From IMG/VR virus record IMGVR_UViG_3300022839_000018: a DNA stretch of 55,149 bases; one strand, written 5' to 3'. The DNA is from a virus. Below are positions 27,622 through 33,673 of this stretch, one piece after another (the stretch's first letter is position 1; each line of letters begins with the position of its first letter). Under the pieces are notes generated by a model. It worked only from the letters and a program-made list of their open reading frames with translations, made no database searches and was not told where the DNA came from. The position numbers and the translations under genes are program-made.

Positions 27622-28041
27622 TTACGCTACTGTTGGGATGTTGGAAAGTGGGTTGTAATCTAGTTGTAGGTTTACATTTATGTCGTGCCAACCTGTCGGC
27701 ATACATACATGGGTCTGCTTTCGTGTCAAGTCTATTAATACATCGCCTACTGACATGCTGGGATGTTTGCAAATATCGTGGCTAGTTATAGTACCATTGC
27801 CATAGCCGTTGCCCTCATCAAAGATGGCCTCAAATGGGGTACGCAATCCATCGGTAGCATCGTGCATAAGCATTGTAGGTTCATACATCTCATGGTATAT
27901 AGCATCTGACACTGCATCCTCTACTGTGTCAGTAGTAGGCATACCTAATGCAAAGTACGCTTTGGCATAGACGCCATTGGGTTTGGCATTGATGTGGTCA
28001 ATGTTTACGTTGTTACGTTGGTATATCATGTAAGTAGCCAT
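27622..28041 (-). CDS. Hypothetical protein (139 aa from ATG 28041)
   Basis: A GAGGA RBS lies before the ATG at 28041. The track ORF extends to a GTG at 28080. Confidence 0.6.
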   Translation of the reverse strand: MATYMIYQRNNVNIDHINAKPNGVYAKAYFALGMPTTDTVEDAVSDAIYHEMYEPTMLMHDATDGLRTPFEAIFDEGNGYGNGTITSHDICKHPSMSVGDVLIDLTRKQTHVCMPTGWHDINVNLQLDYNPLSNIPTVA

Positions 28042-28042
28042 G

Positions 28043-28207
28043 TTATGCTGTCCTCTTGCTTTTAAAATTGGTGATGCCACGTTGCATCTTTACTTTGGTC
28101 TTACGTGCCGTATCCCTGTCACGCTTCCAATCATCTCGCTTTGGTTTAGGTCCGATGTCGGACTTAGCCTTAGTCGTTTTGAGGAAGTTTTGCATGTTGT
28201 ATTGCAT
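28043..28207 (-). CDS. Possible small basic ORF (54 aa) reading through palindrome copy A as KAKSDIGP
   Basis: Translated by hand as MQYNMQNFLKTTKAKSDIGPKPKRDDWKRDRD.... It overlaps the 3' end of 28170..28340 in the +1 frame. Confidence 0.3.
   Translation of the reverse strand: MQYNMQNFLKTTKAKSDIGPKPKRDDWKRDRDTARKTKVKMQRGITNFKSKRTA
28146..28168 (-). repeat. Palindrome family copy A (minus strand GCTAAGTCCGACATCGGACCTAA)
   Basis: Read directly. The central dinucleotide is flipped relative to copies B-D. Confidence 0.9.
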
Positions 28208-28340
28208 TGATCTTGTCCTTACTTCTGTTACGTTTAGCCTTGCTACCCTTCTTAGGCAGCACTACCTGTGGAGACTTGCGCTCTTGCAGCATAGCCTTAG
28301 CCACAGGATTTACAACCCCCACAGATATCTTTTTAGCCAT
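28170..28340 (-). CDS. Small basic protein (56 aa), tentatively ArfA-like (alternative ribosome-rescue factor)
   Basis: MAKKISVGVVNPVAKAMLQERKSPQVVLPKKGSKAKRNRSK compared with E. coli ArfA ...[32 protein letters not shown] (from memory). The ATG at 28340 is coupled to the upstream stop. Confidence 0.3.
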   Translation of the reverse strand: MAKKISVGVVNPVAKAMLQERKSPQVVLPKKGSKAKRNRSKDKINAIQHAKLPQND

Positions 28341-29007
28341 GTTCAAATCCATATGTTACACATTCAACGTGGAACCTAGACACTACGTCACCAGTATCTA
28401 AGGCACGATTGGCACGATTGCCAGCTACATGGTGACACCAGCTGTCCCACCAAAACTCTGCACTAGTCATGTGATCCGGTGCTATAGCGTCCTTTCGTAA
28501 GTCATGGCATAGCTGTACATACTCTGCTATCTTGCGACGTATGGTATGTTCTTTAGCCTTCAAGTTAAGCTTCACGGCTCCTTCAGGTATACCAAATCTT
28601 TTGAGATTGTGGCTGTCCAAACATGCAGTGTTGAACCCAAGGCATTGTGCAAAGAATGCAGCTTTAACCATACCTAAGTTAGGTACATCGGCAAACAATC
28701 GTATGATCTCTTGGCAACCCATAGGTGTGCTATAACCGTAGGTGTCGGCAATGTGATATACTTTACCATATAGGTAATCCTTGTTGTCCATTAGGTACTC
28801 AAAACCTTCTGATTTTTTGCCCCATAAACAGTCTGCATCTGGACCAAAGTGCTCTACCTTGACCATGCTACCACGAACAGTGGACAGGCCAGCTTGTATT
28901 GTAAGCAGCACGAATAGGCCAGTGTTTACCAAGGCATCTGGACCACGCCATCTGACAAAGCCTTTGATTTCATTTACATCACGTTGATACATATCGTAGT
29001 TCCTCAT
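28333..29007 (-). CDS. Hypothetical protein (224 aa), possibly a helix-hairpin-helix glycosylase-like fold
   Basis: Track ORF. LGMVKAAFFAQCLGFNTACLDSHN is reminiscent of HhH base-excision enzymes, but the similarity is weak. Confidence 0.25.
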   Translation of the reverse strand: MRNYDMYQRDVNEIKGFVRWRGPDALVNTGLFVLLTIQAGLSTVRGSMVKVEHFGPDADCLWGKKSEGFEYLMDNKDYLYGKVYHIADTYGYSTPMGCQEIIRLFADVPNLGMVKAAFFAQCLGFNTACLDSHNLKRFGIPEGAVKLNLKAKEHTIRRKIAEYVQLCHDLRKDAIAPDHMTSAEFWWDSWCHHVAGNRANRALDTGDVVSRFHVECVTYGFEHG

Positions 29008-29023
29008 AAGTTAGGGTTATAAA

Positions 29024-29046
29024 TTAGGTCCGACATCGGACTAAGC
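29024..29046 (-). repeat. Palindrome family copy B (minus strand GCTTAGTCCGATGTCGGACCTAA)
   Basis: Read directly. It is intergenic, 19-40 nt upstream of the ATG at 29007. Confidence 0.9.
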
Positions 29047-29232
29047 AAACATCTCATTCCATTCGGCAGGTGTAATACCTGTCATCAGGAACTCACGTCC
29101 ATCGGCATCCAATTGTGGGAAGGCATCTTGGGCTAAGGTTCCACCTTTCCAAGCCTTTATTTGCTCAAGTGTGACATTTAACTCCATAGTATTTATGTTA
29201 CCACTAATTTGCGATAAATTACAAATTAACAT
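29041..29232 (-). CDS. Hypothetical protein (63 aa); its stop codon lies inside palindrome copy B
   Basis: Track ORF with a GGAGAA RBS before the ATG at 29232. Confidence 0.55.
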   Translation of the reverse strand: MLICNLSQISGNINTMELNVTLEQIKAWKGGTLAQDAFPQLDADGREFLMTGITPAEWNEMFA

Positions 29233-29264
29233 TTCGTATTCTCCATTGTTACTGTCTATACATG

Positions 29265-29305
29265 TTATATAAACACTTTCACTAAAGTATCAAGTGTTAA
29301 TATAA
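29265..29305. promoter_or_regulatory. 14-bp inverted repeat (13/14) separated by 13 bp in an early intergenic gap
   Basis: TTATATAAACACTT (29265-29278) and AAGTGTTAATATAA (29292-29305). Confidence 0.6.
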
Positions 29306-29320
29306 CTGTAAGACTAGTAT

Positions 29321-29521
29321 TCATTTAGTGTCTACCCATCCACTATCTTGACGCCATTCAACTAGGTCATCTTTGTGGTCATATACTTTGTATATGGTAG
29401 GTCCGACATCGGACTTAGCTAACTTTCTAGCCTCACATAGACGTGCCTGCAATTCCTGCAAACGTGTCTGTCGAGGTGTCGGCATAGCTGTAGCTATTGT
29501 ATTATGCTGAATGTATTTCAT
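29321..29521 (-). CDS. Hypothetical protein (66 aa) containing palindrome copy C (AKSDVGP)
   Basis: Track ORF. Confidence 0.6.
   Translation of the reverse strand: MKYIQHNTIATAMPTPRQTRLQELQARLCEARKLAKSDVGPTIYKVYDHKDDLVEWRQDSGWVDTK
29398..29419 (-). repeat. Palindrome family copy C (minus strand GCTAAGTCCGATGTCGGACCTA)
   Basis: Read directly. It is identical to copy D over 22 nt. Confidence 0.9.
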
Positions 29522-29552
29522 AACAATAACCTTTCAGGTTAGTGGTAACAGC

Positions 29553-30146
29553 CTAAGCTGCTACCTTTGTTTCTTCTGCTTCAGCTTCGCTGACTGTATC
29601 GACAGACATAAGCATCTCTGCAATGTCCAGCAGGTTGATGTCATTTGCTTTGCAAACTGCAACCAAGTGATCGAATACAAGTTGCTTGGTGACTACGATT
29701 GTTTCACCTTCGGTGTTAGGTCCGACATCGGACTTAGCTTCTGTCTCACCTTCGGTGGTTTCTACGGGTTCAGCCTTTGGCTTAGATGCAATGGCAATCG
29801 CTTTCTGCAAAGCAGATAAAGACGTAAAGCCTTTCTTGCTTTCAGCAATGAACTTACGGCACTCTACTTCGTTTTCAACGAACCACATAGCCTCGGCTCT
29901 ACGGCGTTTATCAACAGAGTTGATGCTGCAATCCTTTAGCCTTTGGCTAGAGATACGATCACCGCCTTCAGCTTTGAGTTCAACCATAAGCTTTCCAAGC
30001 TTCATATCAAATCCATCGGATTTAGTGTAAGCATCGAAACGAACCTTATCACCTTTGGTGATGGCTTTCCATTCTTTACCAATTACAGCACCAATCTCTT
30101 CGAGAGTATTGATTGCTGGTTTTGTTGTTGTTGCTGAATTTTCCAT
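29553..30146 (-). CDS. First gene of the early arm, hypothetical (197 aa), containing palindrome copy D (AKSDVGP)
   Basis: Track ORF with AAGGAAG before the ATG at 30146. Confidence 0.7.
   Translation of the reverse strand: MENSATTTKPAINTLEEIGAVIGKEWKAITKGDKVRFDAYTKSDGFDMKLGKLMVELKAEGGDRISSQRLKDCSINSVDKRRRAEAMWFVENEVECRKFIAESKKGFTSLSALQKAIAIASKPKAEPVETTEGETEAKSDVGPNTEGETIVVTKQLVFDHLVAVCKANDINLLDIAEMLMSVDTVSEAEAEETKVAA
29716..29738 (-). repeat. Palindrome family copy D (minus strand GCTAAGTCCGATGTCGGACCTAA)
   Basis: Read directly. Confidence 0.9.
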
Positions 30147-30181
30147 CGTTTTACTTCCTTTATCTATATTCTGTTTATATG

Positions 30182-30224
30182 AGAGAACATATATCTCTCA
30201 CAAAGAAGTGAGATATATTTCTCT
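30182..30224. promoter_or_regulatory. Long imperfect inverted repeat / leader hairpin just upstream of the first early gene
   Basis: 17 bp can pair across a 6-nt loop with two bulges. The left arm is itself a GAGAGA...TCTCTC palindrome, giving an alternative fold. Confidence 0.6.
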
Positions 30225-30420
30225 TTATAAACGAGTAGAATATAGTATAAGTTTTGTCAAGTCGGTTCTCATAGCGTGATCCTCGGTGCAGGTCGTTTCC
30301 CACGCCGTTGCAGTAATTATAGAGTAATTACGAAACTCGTGCGCTAAACTCATGCGAGGCTTCGGTTCGGATCATATCACGATTGGTGTGACATATTTAT
30401 CATATACTTTGTATATGGGT

Positions 30421-30442
30421 CTAAGTCCAACATTGGACCAAA
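30421..30442 (+). repeat. Palindrome family copy E, opposite orientation, compensated variant (CTAAGTCCAACATTGGACCAAA)
   Basis: Both arms changed symmetrically (GTCCGA/TCGGAC to GTCCAA/TTGGAC). It lies in the non-coding hub. Confidence 0.7.
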
Positions 30443-30693
30443 TGTTTTCACAATCTGTGACAGTACTAACTCTGTTAGGTAGTTATATGCATCAACACTG
30501 CAACACTCACGGTTTTTGTATATCCCATGATTCACATCACTATATATAGTGGCAACTGATTGCATAACAGTTGTCGTAGACAAGTAAGTCACTGTTTATG
30601 CTCATACTTCGTATGGTATGGTGGATAGAGGCATCAATTCTGTTCTCACCGCAGCCCTGCAAGGCATTATACATGACCACCCGCACGTTGAGA

Positions 30694-30723
30694 GGGGGCC
30701 GGGCAGGGGCCATAGGGGGTGGG
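30694..30723 (+). other. G-quadruplex-type motif (five G3-5 tracts within 30 nt) in a GC-rich island
   Basis: GGGGGccGGGcaGGGGccataGGGGGtGGG, read directly. Confidence 0.6.
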
Positions 30724-30885
30724 TACGTATATATACATGTACTTCTACACAGATCAGGAAAATGATACTGTTAACCACTATACACATAGGGTGGTTTACA
30801 TATACGTAGGGTGTTATTTGTGATCACATAATACGACAAACATGCAACTTCTAGCACATAATGTGTTGTACTGTACGATTAGGGG

Positions 30886-30913
30886 TTGACATGTAATACA
30901 GAATGTGTAAAAC
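30886..30913 (+). promoter_or_regulatory. Sigma70-type promoter for the rightward arm: TTGACA, 16-nt spacer, TAAAAC (preceded by TGTG)
   Basis: Read directly. It is strongly similar to the capsid promoter at 43159 (TTGACAtgTAAT ... ATGTnTAWAACTATAT). Confidence 0.5.
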
Positions 30914-30939
30914 TATATATGTTGGGTGTTGGGTAGGGT

Positions 30940-31040
30940 CACGTACAGTGATACATATACATGTATATATACTTACTTATAATTATACTTAACTATATAT
31001 ACATATAAGTATACACGTACAGTGATTACACTTACATGTA
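30940..31040 (+). repeat. Two copies of a 26-27-bp direct repeat CACGTACAGTGAT(T)ACA..TACATGTA (30940-30965 and 31014-31040) in a TA-alternating tract
   Basis: Read directly. AACTATATAT also recurs at 30911 and 30991. Confidence 0.7.
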
Positions 31041-31110
31041 CCAATCCGTAGACATACAATTGCCGATAGGCGAACGAATATTTGTATTAATAATAAAATA
31101 AGTATTGACA

Positions 31111-31317
31111 ATGGCAAAGAAATCAGTAAAACTATATACAGACAATGTTCTTGAAGAGTTCTATAATCATGTAATTGATGGAAAACTTGAGAACTTACAT
31201 ATTCCCCATAGTGATGTATTCTACGTAAAGACTGCAGTGGAAGCCCACTACGGTACTCCATTTACTTTAGAGCATGTAGAGTGGGCTATGCGTAAAGAAG
31301 GATGGACTGATAGCTAA
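31111..31317 (+). CDS. Hypothetical protein (68 aa from ATG 31111)
   Basis: Track ORF 31105..31317 starts at a TTG. The ATG two codons in is more likely. Confidence 0.55.
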   Translation: MAKKSVKLYTDNVLEEFYNHVIDGKLENLHIPHSDVFYVKTAVEAHYGTPFTLEHVEWAMRKEGWTDS

Positions 31318-31342
31318 AGACCCTAGATTAGAACGTGCAGGG

Positions 31343-31594
31343 GTGTCAGGTTTTAATAAACCTAAGCGTACTCCTAGTCACCCTAAGAAGTCACACGTAG
31401 TTGTGGCTAAAGAAGGTACTACCATTAAGACTATTCGCTTTGGTGAACAGGGAGCTTCCACAGCAGGTAAACCAAAAGCTGGTGAATCAAGTACAATGAA
31501 AAAGAAACGGGCATCATTCAAAGCTCGACATGGAAAGAATATAGCCCGTGGTAAGCTAAGCGCTGCGTACTGGGCAGATAAAGTTAAATGGTAA
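31343..31594 (+). CDS. Small basic protein of a conserved phage / giant-virus family (83 aa, GTG start)
   Basis: KPKRTPSHPKKSHVVVAK...IRFGEQG...SFKARHGKNI...AAYWADKVKW pattern remembered from many phage genomes. Function is unknown. Confidence 0.6.
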   Translation: MSGFNKPKRTPSHPKKSHVVVAKEGTTIKTIRFGEQGASTAGKPKAGESSTMKKKRASFKARHGKNIARGKLSAAYWADKVKW

Positions 31595-31606
31595 AGGATT
31601 ACTAAA

Positions 31607-32167
31607 ATGGGTGTACTATCAGCTGCAGCACGTGCCGCAATGAAAGCTAGTAAAGCAGCGGCTAAGCTAAAGAAGAACGCAGGCAAGGGCGACCTTGATG
31701 TAGATACGGTAGTTAAGGCAAGGGTAGCGAAGGCTAAGAAAGCTAAAGCTAAACCCAAAGCTAAAGACTCCGGTGATATTTCTGAAGTGGTAATGCGTAA
31801 AGATCGTAAGCCTAACACTGCAGAGAAGCAGACTAGCAAAGAACGTTTAAAAGAAGCTACAGGTTCTATTTCTGCAGGTACTACTAAAGCAGGGGCCAAG
31901 CCTTTGACAATGAGTTCGTATCGTTCTATGTCCTCTGCTAAACGTTCAGCTGCTTTGTTAAAAGCTGACATAGACTTTCGTGCAGGTAGTATTACTAAAG
32001 CTGAACGTGCGGAAATTGTTAAACGTATTCGGCAGTCAAATGCATCTGAGGTAGATAAGTCAGGTCGCCAAATGGCACAGGGTAAGTCTAACAAAAAAGC
32101 TAAGCCTGTATCACTTGCTCCCGACATGAAGTTTAGCAAAGGCGGCTACACAAAAGGTAAGAAGTAA
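31607..32167 (+). CDS. Lys/Ala-rich histone H1-like protein (186 aa)
   Basis: AKAKKAKAKPKAK tracts. It ends KFSKGGYTKGKK. Confidence 0.6.
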   Translation: MGVLSAAARAAMKASKAAAKLKKNAGKGDLDVDTVVKARVAKAKKAKAKPKAKDSGDISEVVMRKDRKPNTAEKQTSKERLKEATGSISAGTTKAGAKPLTMSSYRSMSSAKRSAALLKADIDFRAGSITKAERAEIVKRIRQSNASEVDKSGRQMAQGKSNKKAKPVSLAPDMKFSKGGYTKGKK

Positions 32168-32201
32168 TAATCTCCCCTATTACAGTAAACGCATAACGGC
32201 A

Positions 32202-32245
32202 TTGCATTATTGTCTGTAGTATGGTATAACTAAGTATGGTATAAC
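32202..32245 (+). promoter_or_regulatory. Tandem 15-bp repeat carrying two extended -10 elements (TGGTATAAC twice)
   Basis: AGTATGGTATAACT at 32218-32231 and 32233-32246. A weak -35 (TTGCAT) lies at 32202-32207. Confidence 0.45.
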
Positions 32246-32277
32246 TTCCTTGGCACTAATACAAGGAGATATATACC

Positions 32278-32421
32278 ATGCTAAAACGTTTACTTAAAAG
32301 TTTACAAGAAAGCCAACAACGCCGTGCAGACTATTGGCTGCTGCATAACATGACCAACAAAGACTTACGTGATATAGGAATTACTCGTGGCGAAATCAAA
32401 AGTAAAATCTACAGTCAATGA
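32278..32421 (+). CDS. DUF1127-domain protein (47 aa)
   Basis: Translated by hand as MLKRLLKSLQESQQRRADYWLLHNMTNKDLRDIGITRGEIKSKIYSQ. AAGGAG at 32263-32268. The signature is R...L..M(S/T)..DL(R/K)DIG(I/L).R..I. Confidence 0.7.
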   Translation: MLKRLLKSLQESQQRRADYWLLHNMTNKDLRDIGITRGEIKSKIYSQ

Positions 32422-32572
32422 GGCAGGAAATTATACTAAGCCTACTATGCGGAAACGTTTGTTTGAGCGGATTAAGCGTGGAACCAAGGGCGGCAGCGCA
32501 GGGCAGTGGTCTGCACGTAAGGCACAGCTACTGGCAGCAGAGTACAAAAAAGCAGGTGGGGGTTACAAGTAA
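32387..32572 (+). CDS. Small basic protein (61 aa, GTG start) with YTKP...GGSAGQWSARKAQLLAAEYKKAGGGY motif
   Basis: Track ORF. It resembles the N-terminal half of a bacterial/phage small-protein family as I remember it. Confidence 0.55.
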   Translation: MAKSKVKSTVNEAGNYTKPTMRKRLFERIKRGTKGGSAGQWSARKAQLLAAEYKKAGGGYK

Positions 32573-32742
32573 TGGCAGCTGGAATGAAGCACTATTTTAA
32601 AGATGGTGTAGAACATAAAGGTGCAACCCACAAAGACGCTAAGGGCAAGTTAATGTCCGGTGCAAAGCACGTAGCGTCTAGTAAGTATCTATACCACGTA
32701 AAGGAACTGTCAGCTACCGCTAAGAAGAAGGTCAAGAAGTAA
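32572..32742 (+). CDS. Small His/Lys-rich protein (56 aa)
   Basis: Translated by hand as MAAGMKHYFKDGVEHKGATHKDAKGKLMSGAKH.... TAATG overlaps at both ends. Confidence 0.5.
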   Translation: MAAGMKHYFKDGVEHKGATHKDAKGKLMSGAKHVASSKYLYHVKELSATAKKKVKK

Positions 32743-32999
32743 TGGCCCTTGCTAAATCCCAAAAGAGTCTTAGTAAATGGACAAAGCAAAATTGGAGAAC
32801 TAAAAGTGGTAAGCCTTCGACACAAGGTAGTAATGCTACAGGTGAACGCTATTTACCTGCTGGGGCGATCAAAGCTATGTCTAGCTCAGAGTACGCAAAA
32901 ACTACGGCAAAGAAAAGAAAAGATACAGCGGCAGGTAAGCAAGTATCTAAGCAACCTAAAGCGGCGGCTAAAACTGCCAAACGTTTTAGGAGGGTCTAA
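32742..32999 (+). CDS. Small basic protein (85 aa) with SLSKWTKQNWRTKSGKPS...ERYLP motif
   Basis: Track ORF. It resembles the C-terminal half of the same family as 32387..32572. Confidence 0.55.
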   Translation: MALAKSQKSLSKWTKQNWRTKSGKPSTQGSNATGERYLPAGAIKAMSSSEYAKTTAKKRKDTAAGKQVSKQPKAAAKTAKRFRRV

Positions 33000-33319
33000 T
33001 GACATCCTTTGAAGAAGCTGACAAAGATTGTAATGGTTCTATTGAGAAGTCTGAATGGGACGCTTTACTATTAGAAGATAAACGTAGGCGATTAGAAGAT
33101 GAAGATGCACACAGAGACCAAACTAGAAAGATGGCTTGGTTCGCATTATGGGGAATGCTCCTTTATCCTTTTGGTGTGGTTGCAACGGGTGCGCTCGGCC
33201 TTGACAACGCTTCCTCAATCATCGGCAGTATGGCAAGCGTTTACTTTGTGTCAGTTGCTGGGGTCGTATCTGTTTTTATGGGCGTAACTAACCTAGCTAA
33301 GAAAGCTGTAAGCAAATGA
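32999..33319 (+). CDS. Two-TM membrane protein with an N-terminal EF-hand loop (holin/antiholin candidate)
   Basis: DKDCNGSIEKSEW (33020-33058) fits the PROSITE-style EF-hand loop at every position. The TM segments are MAWFALWGMLLYPFGVVATGALGL and IIGSMASVYFVSVAGVVSVFMGV. Confidence 0.6.
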   Translation: MTSFEEADKDCNGSIEKSEWDALLLEDKRRRLEDEDAHRDQTRKMAWFALWGMLLYPFGVVATGALGLDNASSIIGSMASVYFVSVAGVVSVFMGVTNLAKKAVSK

Positions 33320-33672
33320 TTGGTCAACTCTTAGGTGCCGTAGGTAGTCTTGCCAGCACTTACCTCGACGGTAAGGTAGCAGTACAGAAAGCTAATGCAG
33401 AGATTAAAGTCAAACAAGCCACAGGTGAGATTGACTGGGACATTGAAGCTATCAAGGCTACACAGAATAGTTGGAAGGATGAATGGATAACTCTACTTTT
33501 CAGTATCCCCCTGATACTAGCCTTCTGTGGTGACTGGGGTAATCAAATAGTACAAGCAGGTTTTACTGCACTTGAAGTAATGCCGACATGGTATCAATAT
33601 AGCTTAGGTGGCATTGTAAGTGCCAGCATAGGAATGAGATCAGTAAGTAAGTTTTTCGGAGGAAGTAAGTAA
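33316..33672 (+). CDS. Holin-like membrane protein (118 aa)
   Basis: N-terminal amphipathic region, then WITLLFSIPLILAFCGDWG and a second hydrophobic segment. The architecture is reminiscent of the DUF3154/GTA-type holin (tentative). It lies next to the endolysin. Confidence 0.45.
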   Translation: MIGQLLGAVGSLASTYLDGKVAVQKANAEIKVKQATGEIDWDIEAIKATQNSWKDEWITLLFSIPLILAFCGDWGNQIVQAGFTALEVMPTWYQYSLGGIVSASIGMRSVSKFFGGSK

Positions 33673-33673
33673 T

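Noticed and set aside
28170-28210. A programmed frameshift fusing the ArfA-like ORF to the overlapping 54-aa ORF
   Set aside because: The downstream frame is +1, and I saw no slippery heptamer or known +1 shift site. Independent initiation or a non-coding overlap is simpler.
28338-28350. GTTCAAATCC, resembling a tRNA T-loop
   Set aside because: The flanking bases cannot form the 5-bp T-stem or an acceptor stem. It lies inside coupled coding sequence.
30255-30260. TTGACA on the minus strand as the -35 of the early promoter
   Set aside because: No acceptable -10 hexamer lies at 16-18 nt (TACTCG / CTACTC / ACTCGT). I keep it only as a weak candidate.
30355-30380. GGTTCGGATC in the hub, resembling a tRNA T-arm or attP-type tRNA fragment
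   Set aside because: I could not build a complementary T-stem, acceptor stem or CCA context by hand. The GC-rich island at 30640-30730 also lacks a TTC loop. Only a database search can settle attP.
30377-30592. 71-aa minus-strand ORF (GTG start) in the non-coding hub that reads through palindrome copy E. The overlapping ORFs 30352..30549, 30602..30787, 30618..30809 and 30989..31261 were also noticed.
   Set aside because: They have no RBS, use non-ATG starts and overlap one another on both strands. Their composition matches the surrounding AT-rich repeats. I treat the hub as non-coding but cannot exclude a small early gene.
31378-32139. 253-aa ORF on the minus strand opposite the lysine/alanine-rich genes
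   Set aside because: It is antisense to well-supported, coupled plus-strand genes. Its open frame is a by-product of the GCN/AAR-rich codon composition, and it has no RBS or recognisable domain.
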